The notes under the pieces: model-generated
Database searches by the model: none
Seen by the model: the letters and a program-made list of their open reading frames with translations, nothing else
What the model was told of the DNA's origin: nothing
Assembly: GCA_029267445.1 (NCBI GenBank)
Contig: JAJUIU010000007.1
Location: forward strand, 13,150-77,149
Direction: 5' to 3'
DNA: 64,000 nt
From: Rhodospirillaceae bacterium
GTDB taxonomy: Bacteria; Pseudomonadota; Alphaproteobacteria; Azospirillales; Azospirillaceae
Translations under genes and position numbers: made by a program
Part shown: one piece after another, positions 31,150-40,439 of the stretch
How positions within the stretch are numbered: the stretch's first letter is position 1
How the letters are laid out: each line of letters opens with the position of its first letter

Positions 31150-32268
31150 TCAGCTCGTGCTCTTCACCCGCTGCCAGGTGCGGGTGAACAGGCGCTGGGT
31201 CTGGGCGTCCAGCGCCGGGGCGACGAACAGGCGGGCCATCGTCTCAGCGTCGGGATAGACGGCGCGGTCGTCGCGGATCGCCGGGTCCAGCAGCGGCAAC
31301 GCCGCCTTGTTGCCCGTGGCGTAGGTGATGAAGTTGGAACTGCGGGCCGCCACGTCCGGGCGCATGAAGAAGTCGATGAACTTGTGCGCGTTCTCCGGGT
31401 TCGGCGCGTCCTTCGGGATCGCCATGGCGTCCACCCAGATGCGGGCGCCCTCCTTCGGCACGAAGTACTTCACCTCGACACCCTTGGCGGCCTCCGCCGC
31501 GCGGGCGGCCGCCTGGCCGACATCGCCGTTCCAGCCCAGCGCCACGCAGATTTCCCCGCGCGCGAGGTCCTCGATGTACTGGCTGGAATGGAAGGTGCGC
31601 ACGAAGGGCCGGATGGCGGTCAGCGCGGCCTCAGCCTTGGCGACCACCTTGGGATCGTGGCTGTTCGGGTCCTCCCCCAGCCAGGCCAGCACGGCGGGGA
31701 TCACCTCGTCCGGGGCGTCCAGCATGACGATGCCGCACGACGCCAGCGCCTTGGCGTTCTTGGGATCGAAGATCAGCGACCAGCTGTCCAGCGGGGCGTC
31801 CGGCAGGGCCGCCGCCACCTTGGCCGGGTTGTAGCCGATGCCCGTGGTGCCCCACATGTAGTTGACGCCATGGGCGTTGCCCGGGTCGTAGCCCGCCAGC
31901 CGCTCCATGATGCCCGGGTCCATGTTCTTCAGGTTCGGCAGTTTGGCCTTGTCCAGCTTCTGGTAGGCGCCGGCCGCGATCTGGCGGGCCAGGAAGTCGC
32001 CGGTGGGCACCACCACGTCGTAGCCGGTGTTGCCGGTGAGGATCTTGGCCTCCAGCACCTCGTTGCTGTCGAACGTGTCGTAGACGACCTCGATCCCCGT
32101 CTCCTTCGTGAACTCCTCCAGCAGGGCCGGGTCGATGTAGTCGGTCCAGTTGTAGACATGAACCTTGCCGCCTCCGGCGGCGAAGGCGGAAGCCGGCAGC
32201 ATGACGGCCGCCACGAGCAGGGCGGCCAGCCGGCGGATCAGGTGGGACATGCGCCTCCAAGGGGGCAT
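31150..32268 (-). CDS. polyamine (putrescine/spermidine) ABC transporter substrate-binding protein, PotF/PotD family
   Basis: 372 aa with a signal peptide. Contains VHVYNWTDYIDP..L..F.KETGI.V.YD.F.SNE. The start may be ATG 32250. Confidence 0.8.
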   Translation of the reverse strand: MPPWRRMSHLIRRLAALLVAAVMLPASAFAAGGGKVHVYNWTDYIDPALLEEFTKETGIEVVYDTFDSNEVLEAKILTGNTGYDVVVPTGDFLARQIAAGAYQKLDKAKLPNLKNMDPGIMERLAGYDPGNAHGVNYMWGTTGIGYNPAKVAAALPDAPLDSWSLIFDPKNAKALASCGIVMLDAPDEVIPAVLAWLGEDPNSHDPKVVAKAEAALTAIRPFVRTFHSSQYIEDLARGEICVALGWNGDVGQAAARAAEAAKGVEVKYFVPKEGARIWVDAMAIPKDAPNPENAHKFIDFFMRPDVAARSSNFITYATGNKAALPLLDPAIRDDRAVYPDAETMARLFVAPALDAQTQRLFTRTWQRVKSTS

Positions 32269-32381
32269 GGGTTGACGGGCGGCGTGGACCTCACGCCACC
32301 CGTCACTTCAATTCCCTTTCCCGCCGTCGTCAACGCCGAATATTCGTGCGGCGAATATTGCGGCGACGCAATATTCGGCCC

Positions 32382-32798
32382 TCAGGCCGCCCGGGCGCTC
32401 GGCGCGTCCATCATGGTGGTGGCGACAAGGGTGTAGGTGTCCACCCAGGCGCCGCGCATCTCCTCGGTGAAGTCCGCCCCCAGCCCCTGCTCCAGGGTCC
32501 AGACCAGGGCGGCGGCGACGGTCGCGTAATGCTCGTCCTTCACGCCGTACTCCCGGTGCCGCGCACCCATGGCGCGCAGGGCCGGGATGATCGCCTCCGG
32601 CTTCTTCAGGCTGTTCACGGCGACGGCCAGCGCCGCCATCAGCTTCGCACCCTGGGAAGCCATGTCGCCCTTGAACAGGGGGCGCAGCTCCGGCGCGATC
32701 TCGAACAGGCGGTTGTAAAACAGGGCCGCCACGGCGTCGGCGTTAGGGGCGACCTTGGCGAAGCTGGACTGGACGAGATCGATCTGCTGCGGGGTCAT
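32382..32798 (-). CDS. single-domain globin (sensor-globin-like)
   Basis: 138 aa. MTPQQIDLVQSSFAKV...FYNRLFEIAPELRPLF...HREYGV is the typical N-terminal pattern of bacterial sensor globins. No output domain is attached. Confidence 0.75.
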   Translation of the reverse strand: MTPQQIDLVQSSFAKVAPNADAVAALFYNRLFEIAPELRPLFKGDMASQGAKLMAALAVAVNSLKKPEAIIPALRAMGARHREYGVKDEHYATVAAALVWTLEQGLGADFTEEMRGAWVDTYTLVATTMMDAPSARAA

Positions 32799-32942
32799 GG
32801 GACTGGGCTCCGGGTATGTGTGGGCCGGCGGGCGGGCGGGCCCGGTGCGGACGGTGCGGGTTCTACATGCCCGGCGTTTCCCCGGAATTTCGCGCGCGTT
32901 TCGATTGTTTCAGCGCGGCAGGCTCTGCTCCATCGTTCTCAG

Positions 32943-33026
32943 CCGTCATCCCGGCGAAAGCCGGGACCCATGCCACCCGCGTCGCGATGGCCCAAACATG
33001 GGCCCCGGCTTTCGCCGGGGTGACGG
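32943..33026. repeat. 84-bp palindromic element (family B variant)
   Basis: Arms ccgtcatcccggcgaaagccgggacccatg and catgggccccggctttcgccggggtgacgg are separated by 24 nt. Each arm carries its own small GAAA-loop hairpin. Confidence 0.75.
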
Positions 33027-33127
33027 TTCATGGGAATGGCGGGTATCTCATGCGATCCGGCCACGCCCCCACCCGGTGCGGCCTCGCGCCCGTTGCGAAC
33101 CGTTCGCGAACCGTGGGAGAAGGGCGC

Positions 33128-34879
33128 ATGGCGAACCGCACCACACCGGCAGGCCTGCCGCTGGATCCCCGGCTGCCCGGCCCTGGCTTCTCCCCGCCCC
33201 CGAGCGCGCAGCGCGGTGGGCGCCGGGCGTTCTCCGCCCGCCGGCTGCCGGGGCCGTGGGCCCTGGCGACACTGCTGGTCGCGGCCCTGGTGGCCCTGCC
33301 CGTCCTGATCGTGGCCAGCCGCGTGTTCGTGCCGACGGAGGGGGTGTGGGGCCATCTGGCGGCGACCGTGCTGCCCCGCTATGTCGGCAATACGCTGGCC
33401 CTGTCGGCGATGGTCGGCGCGGGCGTGTTCGTCATCGGCACCGGCACGGCGTGGCTGGTCACCATGTGCCGCTTTCCCGGCCGCCGTGTGCTGGAATGGG
33501 CGCTGCTGCTGCCGCTGGCGGTTCCCGCCTATGTCATGGCCTACACCTACACCGACCTGCTGCAGTATGTCGGCCCGGTGCAGACGGCCCTGCGCGACGC
33601 CTTCGGCTGGGGCCGGGACGATTACTGGTTCCCGAACGTCCGGTCGCTGGGCGGTGCCGCCGCCATGCTGACACTGGTGCTCTACCCCTACGTCTACCTG
33701 CTGGCCCGCGCCGCCTTCCTCGAACAGTCGGTCTGCGTGCTGGAGGTCAGCCGCACCCTTGGGGCGGGGCCCTGGCGCGGCTTCTTCAAGGTGGCGCTGC
33801 CGCTCGCCCGCCCGGCCATCGTGGCGGGTGTCGCCCTGGCGCTGATGGAGGTGCTGGCCGACTTCGGGACGGTGCAGTACTTCGCGGTGGACACCTTCAC
33901 CACCGGCATCTACCGCACCTGGTTCGCGCTGGGCCAGCCCGTGGCCGCCGCACAGCTGGCCGCCGTGCTGATGCTGTTCGTGCTGGCCCTGCTGGCGATG
34001 GAACGGTGGAGCCGGGGACAGGCCAAGTACTTCCACACCAGCAGCAAGTACCGCTCCCTGCCCAGCTACGCGCTGACCGGCTGGCGCGCGGCGGCGGCGC
34101 TGGCGGCCTGCGCCCTGCCGCTGCTGCTGGGCTTCGTCGTGCCCGGCTGGGTCCTGGTCGGCATGACGCTGGAGGACGGCGACCCCCTGTTCGGGGAGAC
34201 GTTCCTGCGCCTCGCCGGGAACAGCTTCACCCTGGCGGGCATCACGGCCGGGCTGGCGGTGCTGCTGGCCTCCGTCGTCGCCTACGGCCTGCGTCTGAAG
34301 CCCACGCCGCTGCTGCGCGGTGCCGCCCGTGTGGCGGGTATGGGTTACGCCATCCCCGGCAGCGTCATCGCGGTCGGCATCCTGATCCCGGCGGCCGCCT
34401 TCGACAACATCGTGGACGCCTTCATGCGGGCACAGTTCGGCGTCTCCACCGGCCTGATCCTGTCGGGCACCATCGTGGCGCTGGTCTATGCCTATCTGGT
34501 CCGCTTCCTGGCGGTCAGCTTCAATACGGTGGAGGCGAGCCTGGGCAAGATCCGCCCCACCATGGATCAGGCGGCCCGAATCCTGGGCCATGGGCCGGGG
34601 GCGACGCTGGCCCGCGTGCACGCGCCCCTGATGAAGGGGAGCCTGCTGACCGCCGGCCTTCTGGTCTTCGTCGACGTGATGAAGGAGCTGCCGGCGACCA
34701 TGATCGTGCGGCCCTTCAATCTCGACACGCTGGCCATCCGCGTCTACACGCTCGCCAGCGACGAACGGCTGGCGGAGGCCAGCACGGCGGCGCTGGCCAT
34801 CGTCGCCGTAGGGATCCTGCCGGTGATCCTGCTGTCCCGCGCCATCGCCGGCAGCCGCCCCGGTGCCCCGGGCGACTGA
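33128..34879 (+). CDS. Fe(3+)-type ABC transporter permease, fused two-domain (FbpB-like)
   Basis: ATG 33128 (MANRTTPAG). About 12 TM segments and two ABC-permease modules, for example the EAA-like region AARILGHGPGATLARVHAPLM. No ATPase gene follows. Confidence 0.8.
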   Translation: MANRTTPAGLPLDPRLPGPGFSPPPSAQRGGRRAFSARRLPGPWALATLLVAALVALPVLIVASRVFVPTEGVWGHLAATVLPRYVGNTLALSAMVGAGVFVIGTGTAWLVTMCRFPGRRVLEWALLLPLAVPAYVMAYTYTDLLQYVGPVQTALRDAFGWGRDDYWFPNVRSLGGAAAMLTLVLYPYVYLLARAAFLEQSVCVLEVSRTLGAGPWRGFFKVALPLARPAIVAGVALALMEVLADFGTVQYFAVDTFTTGIYRTWFALGQPVAAAQLAAVLMLFVLALLAMERWSRGQAKYFHTSSKYRSLPSYALTGWRAAAALAACALPLLLGFVVPGWVLVGMTLEDGDPLFGETFLRLAGNSFTLAGITAGLAVLLASVVAYGLRLKPTPLLRGAARVAGMGYAIPGSVIAVGILIPAAAFDNIVDAFMRAQFGVSTGLILSGTIVALVYAYLVRFLAVSFNTVEASLGKIRPTMDQAARILGHGPGATLARVHAPLMKGSLLTAGLLVFVDVMKELPATMIVRPFNLDTLAIRVYTLASDERLAEASTAALAIVAVGILPVILLSRAIAGSRPGAPGD

Positions 34880-34941
34880 GCACGAATGGACGACTTCGCC
34901 CAGACCGATATCCGCTCCGCCCTGGCGGAGCTGGGTGCGCG

Positions 34942-36126
34942 CTAGATGACCCCGTCCGCCCGATGGCGGGCGATCTCGTCATCGGACAGGCCCGCCTCCC
35001 GCAGCACGGGATCGGTGTGCTCCCCCTGCATCGGGGCCGGGCGGTCTACCGCGAAGGGCCCCGCGTCCATCCGCACCGGCGGGGCGAACTGGCGCACCGG
35101 CCCCTCCACCGGATGCTCATGCGTGACGACGAGGTTCCGCGCCCGGGCCTGCGCGCCCGCCATCGCCTCCTCCAGCGTCAGCACCGGGGTGACGCAGGAG
35201 TCCAACGGAGCGAACAGCTCGGCCCAATGGGACAGCGGCCGGGACGCGATGACGGCCGCGACCTCCGCCTTCGCCGCCTCCCCCGCTTCCCCCTCCAGGT
35301 GCCCCTTGTCGGCGAGGTCGGGGCGGCCCAGTGCCGCGCACACCTGGACCCAGAATTTCGGTTCCAGCGCGCCGACCGCCAGCCAGCGGCCGTCCGCCGT
35401 CGCGTACACGCCGTAGCAGGCGAGGCCGCCCGTCAGCTTGTCCCGCCCGCGCGGGGCGGTCGCCCCCTCCCCCGCCAGGGTGGCGGCCGGGATCACCATG
35501 TGGGTCAGCACGGCGTCGGTGATCGACACGTCCAGGTGCCGGCCCTTCCCCGTCCGCTGGGCACCGACCAATGCGGCGCAGATGGCCATGGCCGCCGTCA
35601 GCGTACCGCCGGCGAGGTCGCCGATCTGGAAATTGCTGATGGCGGGTGGCCCGCCCGCCGCACCCGTCTGGTCCAAAGCACCTGACAGGGCGAGGTAGTT
35701 GATGTCGTGCCCCGCCTTGTCCGCCAGCGGCCCGGTCTGCCCGTAGCCGGTGATGGAGCAGTAGACCGCGCGCGGGTTCACGGCCCGGACGGCGCCATAA
35801 CCGACGCCCAGCCGGTCCGCGACACCGGGGCGGAACCCCTCCACCACCACGTCCGCCGTTTCCGCCAGCCGCAGGAACAGGGCGGCACCGGCGGGCTTCT
35901 TCAGGTCCAGCGTGATCGCCCGCTTGTTGCGGTTCATCGCCAGGAAGTCGAGGGAGTTCACCTTGGCCCGGCGGCCGATCCAGCGGGCGTAATCGCCGGC
36001 TCCCGGATCCTCCACCTTGATGACGTCGGCCCCCATGTCGGCCAGGTGCAGGGTGCACATCGGCCCCGGCAGCAGCCGCGTCAGGTCCAGCACCCGGATG
36101 CCGGCGAGCGGCCTGTCGTCAGTCAC
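34942..36126 (-). CDS. CaiB/BaiF family (type III) CoA-transferase
   Basis: GTG 36126 is preceded by GAAGGAGG. LAGIRVLDLTRLLPGPMCT..LADMGADVIKVE is the hallmark family III N-terminus. Confidence 0.85.
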   Translation of the reverse strand: MTDDRPLAGIRVLDLTRLLPGPMCTLHLADMGADVIKVEDPGAGDYARWIGRRAKVNSLDFLAMNRNKRAITLDLKKPAGAALFLRLAETADVVVEGFRPGVADRLGVGYGAVRAVNPRAVYCSITGYGQTGPLADKAGHDINYLALSGALDQTGAAGGPPAISNFQIGDLAGGTLTAAMAICAALVGAQRTGKGRHLDVSITDAVLTHMVIPAATLAGEGATAPRGRDKLTGGLACYGVYATADGRWLAVGALEPKFWVQVCAALGRPDLADKGHLEGEAGEAAKAEVAAVIASRPLSHWAELFAPLDSCVTPVLTLEEAMAGAQARARNLVVTHEHPVEGPVRQFAPPVRMDAGPFAVDRPAPMQGEHTDPVLREAGLSDDEIARHRADGVI

Positions 36127-36923
36127 GCGCCCTCCTTCGCTGAAGGGACCTCCGCCAGATGGCGGCCCAGGGCGCGGCGGGACATGTACATGAAGGGCGT
36201 GTCCAGCACCGACAGCGCGAGCCGCAGCAGGTATGTGCCCAGTATGTAGGTGAACACCAGCGCCTGCCAGCCCACCGGCTGGGGTGCGAACACCACCCAG
36301 GCCAGCACGCTGAAGATCACATTGTCCACGAGGCTGGACAGGGCGGTGGAGCCGGTGTTGCGCAGCCACAGATGCCGCCCGCCGGTGGCACCGCGCAGGC
36401 GCTGATAGACCCAGACGTCGAAGATCTGGCTCAGCAGGTAGGCCGTCATGCCGGCTGCGAACAGGGCCGGGGCGGGGGTGAACAGGGCCGCCATGTGGTC
36501 GTGCATGGGCAGGGCCCAGGCCATTTCCGCCCCCGCCTGTTCAGGTGTGAGCGGCGGGAAGCCCAGCGTCAGCAGCATCATGCAGGTGAACAGCAGATAG
36601 CCCGCGAAGCCCATGAAGATGCCGCGCCGGGCGGCGTCGCGGCCGAAATGCTCCGTCAGGATGTCGGTCGCGAGGTATGTCGAGCTGAACAGCACCGTGC
36701 CCAGCGCCACGGGATGGTCGTACACCCCGAACTGCACGGCCTTCAGCACCTCCACATTGGCGCCGATCACCGCGATGGCGATGTAGAGCTGAAGGCCCGC
36801 CGCGCCGAAAAGCCGGGCCATGACCAGGATGGCCCCGAAACAGAACAAGGCCTGCGACAGGAGCAGCAGCTCCGGCGGCAGGCCTTGCAGGAACGCGACG
36901 AGTTCGGCCGGGGAGAGGGACAT
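36123..36923 (-). CDS. yhhQ: queuosine-precursor transporter (YhhQ/VUT family)
   Basis: 266 aa polytopic protein. The blocks STYLATDILTE.FG, QIFDVWVYQRLR and WLRNTGSTALSSLVDNVIF parallel E. coli YhhQ (FLATDL, QILDVHVFNRLR, APTASTLFGNVSDTLAF). Confidence 0.8.
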   Translation of the reverse strand: MSLSPAELVAFLQGLPPELLLLSQALFCFGAILVMARLFGAAGLQLYIAIAVIGANVEVLKAVQFGVYDHPVALGTVLFSSTYLATDILTEHFGRDAARRGIFMGFAGYLLFTCMMLLTLGFPPLTPEQAGAEMAWALPMHDHMAALFTPAPALFAAGMTAYLLSQIFDVWVYQRLRGATGGRHLWLRNTGSTALSSLVDNVIFSVLAWVVFAPQPVGWQALVFTYILGTYLLRLALSVLDTPFMYMSRRALGRHLAEVPSAKEGA

Positions 36924-36969
36924 GTCGGCTCAGGCGCGCGGGTGGCGCGCCGCCCCGGACGGCAACGGA

Positions 36970-37272
36970 TCAGGCCGCGGCGGCGGCCTTCTTCTCCAAC
37001 GCCTTCTTGATCTGCTTCTTCACCTTGCGGGCGTCGGCGTCCAGCTTGGCGTCGGCGGTGTCCAGCAGGGCCGCGTCCAGGCCGCCCTTGTGCTCGATCG
37101 TGCGGATGCCGTTGGTGGACAGGCGCAGGCGGACCATGCGGCCCAGCGCGTCGGACAGCAGCGAGGTCTCCTGCAGGTTCGGCAGGAAACGCCGGCGGGA
37201 CTTGTTGTTCGCGTGGCTGACGTTGTTACCGGTCAGCACACCCTTGCCGGTCACGGCGCACTTGCGGGACAT
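36970..37272 (-). CDS. rpmB: 50S ribosomal protein L28
   Basis: Internal ATG 37272. The protein begins [34 protein letters not shown]. Confidence 0.9.
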   Translation of the reverse strand: MSRKCAVTGKGVLTGNNVSHANNKSRRRFLPNLQETSLLSDALGRMVRLRLSTNGIRTIEHKGGLDAALLDTADAKLDADARKVKKQIKKALEKKAAAAA

Positions 37273-37375
37273 CGGACACTTCCTTGCGATCTGGACGAAG
37301 GGCCGCCACCGGCCCGTCGCGCTGCACAACAAAAGACGGACGCCGGACACGCTGCGCGCCCGGCGAAGGCGCGTG

Positions 37376-37404
37376 TTCTAGTCGAACCCCGCCAGGCCTG
37401 TCAA
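37376..37404 (-). promoter_or_regulatory. sigma70-type promoter candidate for rpmB
   Basis: The reverse strand reads TTGACA-N17-CTAGAA, about 100 nt upstream of the rpmB ATG. Confidence 0.4.
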
Positions 37405-37466
37405 GCGCGGGCGGGTGCATTTGTGCGGCAGCCCCCGCCCTAGTCGCCTTCGGCGTCCGCTGAAGC

Positions 37467-37565
37467 GACGACACGCTCAGGGTGAGGGCTGCTTGGATGG
37501 GCGCGGCTGTTCATTCGCCCAACCCCATCATACGGCCTCACCCTGAGCCTGTCGAAGGGCGAGGC
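37467..37565. repeat. family C palindromic element (left arm truncated)
   Basis: cgacgacacgctcagggtgaggg ... gcctcaccctgagcctgtcgaagggcgaggc shares the ctcagggtga / tcaccctgag..gtcgaagggcgagg core with 31028-31144. Confidence 0.65.
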
Positions 37566-37584
37566 CGCATGCGCCCCGGCCCTC

Positions 37585-38223
37585 TCACCGCCACGCGTAA
37601 TTGAAGCTGATGGACACCCGCTCCGTCTCCGCCCGGTTCAGCGGCACCTCGTGGCGCAGCCAGCTTTCCCACAGCAGCAGGGTACCCGGCTCCGGCGCCA
37701 CCGAGACGTGCGGCAGCAGCGGCCGGTCCGCCTTCGCCTTGCGCGCCGGGGCCGCCATCATCAGCGGCAGGCGCGGATCCTCGAACCGGATGGCGCCGGC
37801 CCCGTCCGGCACGGCCACGTAGTAGGTGCCGCTGATCACGCTGTGCGGGTGGATGTGGCCGGAATGGAATCCGCCCGGCTCCAGCACGTTGATCCAGATG
37901 CTGTCCAGCTCCAGCTTCCGACCCGCCAGATCCCAGGCGAGGTCCCTGGCGAAGGCCTTGGCGTGCCGGTCCAGGTGCCGGACCAGCGCCTTCACCGCCG
38001 GGAATCGCCAGGGCAGGTCGTCCAGCGAGGCGTAGGAGGTGTATCCCGGATAGCCGTGCTTGCGCGACCAGGCCCGCCCCGCGCCGTCGTCCGATGCCGC
38101 CAGCCGGCAGCAGTCGGCAAGCTCCGCGACCAGCGCTTCGTCCCCCACCGCCGCGCGGTAGACGCGGGTGACGAACAGGGTCTCGATGGACGCGTCGGGG
38201 GCTGATTCGGGCAGGTCGGTCAT
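37585..38223 (-). CDS. 2OG-Fe(II) oxygenase-like conserved hypothetical protein (TIGR02466-like)
   Basis: This is the C-terminal 212 codons of ORF 37585..39603, starting at ATG 38223. Contains WINVLEPGGFHSGHIHPHSVISGTYYV....FEDPR...LLLWESWLRHEV. Confidence 0.65.
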   Translation of the reverse strand: MTDLPESAPDASIETLFVTRVYRAAVGDEALVAELADCCRLAASDDGAGRAWSRKHGYPGYTSYASLDDLPWRFPAVKALVRHLDRHAKAFARDLAWDLAGRKLELDSIWINVLEPGGFHSGHIHPHSVISGTYYVAVPDGAGAIRFEDPRLPLMMAAPARKAKADRPLLPHVSVAPEPGTLLLWESWLRHEVPLNRAETERVSISFNYAWR

Positions 38224-38451
38224 GGGGACAGGCTGGTAGCGCAACCGGTGCCGGGCGTCAAAGGGCGAGCCCCTTGCGCCCGCACACGCGACGCGCGAGA
38301 CTGCGGTGCCAAAGTCTGGGCTGCCATAGGCCGGGCCGCCAGGGGCCCATCCGCCTGTCCGATGTAACGGGCCGATGAAAATTGTAACGGCCGTGTCACC
38401 GCGCGCGACAATGGCGGCGCGCGCGATATCCTCCAGGGCGGAATCAGAATC

Positions 38452-39660
38452 ATGCGCAGGTTGAGAGCCATGAACGCCAGCCTTGCCACCGGCGGCCTTT
38501 CCAACGAGGGGCGACCCCGCCTGACACCTGGCGTCCCGATGGGCGGTATTGCCGCCGTCGCGGTGACGGTGGGTATCGTCGCCTGGGGTCTGGCCGTGGG
38601 GCCCGACGATTCGACCGCCAGCCGCGTCGCCGAGGGGCTTCGCGTCGCGGCGGTCGTGCACGCCTCCATGCCGTCGCCGCCGGCGCCGCCGGCCCCGCCG
38701 GGCGTCGCAAGCCACCGCGTCATCGGGGCCGTCGACCTGCGCGCCATCGCCGCCGCCGCCAACGCGGCCAGCGAGGCGGCGGCCAAGATGGCCGTGGCCC
38801 CTTCGGAGGCCATGGACGGGCTGGGCGGCGACGTCACCATCATCGAGCGCTGGCAGAACGTGCAGTCCGGGGAGAACCGCGTGGTGGCGGAGGCGATGGC
38901 GCCCGCCGGCCTGCGCCTCGCCCGGGTGTACGGCCCCGTGACCGTCGAGGTCGTTCCGGGGGCCGACCGCATCCGGTTCGAGATGCTGAACAGCCGCAAG
39001 CGCTACAATCTGGACGTCAGGGACGGGCTGCTGTGGATCAGCGGCCCCGGCCCGTCGGACCAGCCGACGGAGTTCAAGATCACCATGCCGCCGGGTGGTG
39101 CCCTGCTGATCAACGAGTATTCGGGCGAGATGACGGTGAAGGGTCCGCTGAACGCCCCCGTCCGCCTGGACCTCGTCCAGGGCAGCATCGCCTTCGATGG
39201 CCCGGCGCAGTCGGTGCGGGCGCGCATCAGCGGCAGCGGCCAGGTGCGCCTGGCGGAGGTGCGGGACCTGCTGGCCGTGCAGATGCGCGGATCGGGCGAC
39301 GTCACCGTCGGCCGCGCGCAACGCCTGTCGGTGGAGATGGACGGCAGCGGCGCCGTGAACATCGGCGGGGTGGGGGGTGAGGCCATCCTGGATGTTCCCG
39401 GCAGCGGTGCCGTCAACATCGGGGCCCTGCGCGGCGCCCTGCGGGCCGCGATCCCCGGCAGCGGGGACGTGAACATCGCGTCGGGCCAGGCGGACAGCTT
39501 CGAGGCGGCGGTGATGGGCACCGGCAACCTGCGCTTCGGCGGCACGGCGGTCGATCCGCGCGTGGTCGTGGCGGGCAGCGGCGATGTGGTCCTGTCCGGC
39601 CACACGGGCACCCCGCGCGTGGAGCGGGTCGGGTCGGGCCGGGTGGAACTCGGGAACTGA
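38452..39660 (+). CDS. membrane-anchored protein with C-terminal DUF2807/GIN (adhesin-head-like) repeats
   Basis: 402 aa with an N-terminal TM segment and a Pro-rich linker. The repeated GSGxV units (GSGQVRL, GSGDVTV, GSGAVNI x2, GSGDVNI, GSGDVVL, GSGRVEL) are typical of the beta-helical GIN domain. Confidence 0.6.
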   Translation: MRRLRAMNASLATGGLSNEGRPRLTPGVPMGGIAAVAVTVGIVAWGLAVGPDDSTASRVAEGLRVAAVVHASMPSPPAPPAPPGVASHRVIGAVDLRAIAAAANAASEAAAKMAVAPSEAMDGLGGDVTIIERWQNVQSGENRVVAEAMAPAGLRLARVYGPVTVEVVPGADRIRFEMLNSRKRYNLDVRDGLLWISGPGPSDQPTEFKITMPPGGALLINEYSGEMTVKGPLNAPVRLDLVQGSIAFDGPAQSVRARISGSGQVRLAEVRDLLAVQMRGSGDVTVGRAQRLSVEMDGSGAVNIGGVGGEAILDVPGSGAVNIGALRGALRAAIPGSGDVNIASGQADSFEAAVMGTGNLRFGGTAVDPRVVVAGSGDVVLSGHTGTPRVERVGSGRVELGN

Positions 39661-39667
39661 CCGCCCG

Positions 39668-40336
39668 TCAGTACCAGCCCATCACGGCGTCGTCCGGCTT
39701 CTTGCCGATGCGCGGGACCACGGCACCCTCCGCCGGAAAGCCGGCCACCAGGATCAGGAAGGCGCGCTCGTTCGCCGGGCGCCCCAGGATCTCCGACAGG
39801 AACCGCATCGGCGCCGGCGTGTGGGTCAGCGTCGCCAGCCCGGCATTGTGCAGGGCCGCGATCAGCATGCCAGTGGCGATGCCCACGCTGTCCGGCGCGT
39901 AGTAGTGCTTGATGCGCGCACCGTCGGGGCCGATGCCGTAGGCGTGCTCGAACACCACGATCAGCCAGGGTGCGGTTTCCAGGAACGGCTTCTCCCAGTC
40001 CGTGCCCAGCGGCGCCAGCGCGTCCAGCCAGTCCCGGGGTGCCCGGCCGCCATAGAAGGTCCGCTCCTCCGCCTCCGCCGCCTCCCGGATGCGGCGCTTC
40101 ATGGCGGGATCTGAGACGGCGGCGAAGAACCAGGGCTGCTGGTTGGCGCCGCTGGGGGCACTGGCCGCCGTGCGGATGCAGTCCGCCACCAGCGACGCGG
40201 GCACCGGCCGGTCGGAGAAATGCCGCACCGTGCGCCGCCGCCGCATGAGGGCCAGGAAGTCCGCCGCGCGGTGGCACATCTCCCCCTCCGGCAATGTGCG
40301 GAAGTCGAGGGGGTGGAAACCGTCGCTGTCGGCCAT
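39668..40336 (-). CDS. nitroreductase family protein (iodotyrosine-deiodinase-like subgroup)
   Basis: Internal ATG 40336 ([12 protein letters not shown]). Contains [14 protein letters not shown]...[13 protein letters not shown]. Confidence 0.8.
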   Translation of the reverse strand: MADSDGFHPLDFRTLPEGEMCHRAADFLALMRRRRTVRHFSDRPVPASLVADCIRTAASAPSGANQQPWFFAAVSDPAMKRRIREAAEAEERTFYGGRAPRDWLDALAPLGTDWEKPFLETAPWLIVVFEHAYGIGPDGARIKHYYAPDSVGIATGMLIAALHNAGLATLTHTPAPMRFLSEILGRPANERAFLILVAGFPAEGAVVPRIGKKPDDAVMGWY

Positions 40337-40439
40337 GGGGGCACCCGCCGCTGGTGGCTGGAACCGCCATCCTGCCGAACCCCCGCCCCCCGGTCGAGGA
40401 CAGGGTGCGATGGGCGCCATAACCCCGCACCCGGTTCGG

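Noticed and set aside
34886-34945. A 19-codon ATG ORF after the Fe permease (MDDFAQTDIRSALAELGAR) as a possible remnant of an ATPase gene
   Set aside because: It is too short, has no ABC motif, and overlaps the stop of the convergent CoA-transferase gene.
32755-35685. A 976-aa plus-strand ORF, and the 32816 start of the permease ORF
   Set aside because: It is out of frame with the real Fe permease and antisense to the CoA-transferase. The first ~100 codons of ORF 32816..34879 run through a family B repeat (..VIPAKAGTH..), so ATG 33128 was chosen as the start.
37585-39603. A 672-aa minus-strand ORF
   Set aside because: Only the C-terminal 212 codons (from ATG 38223) look like a real protein. 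The remainder is antisense to the GIN-domain gene and is low complexity.
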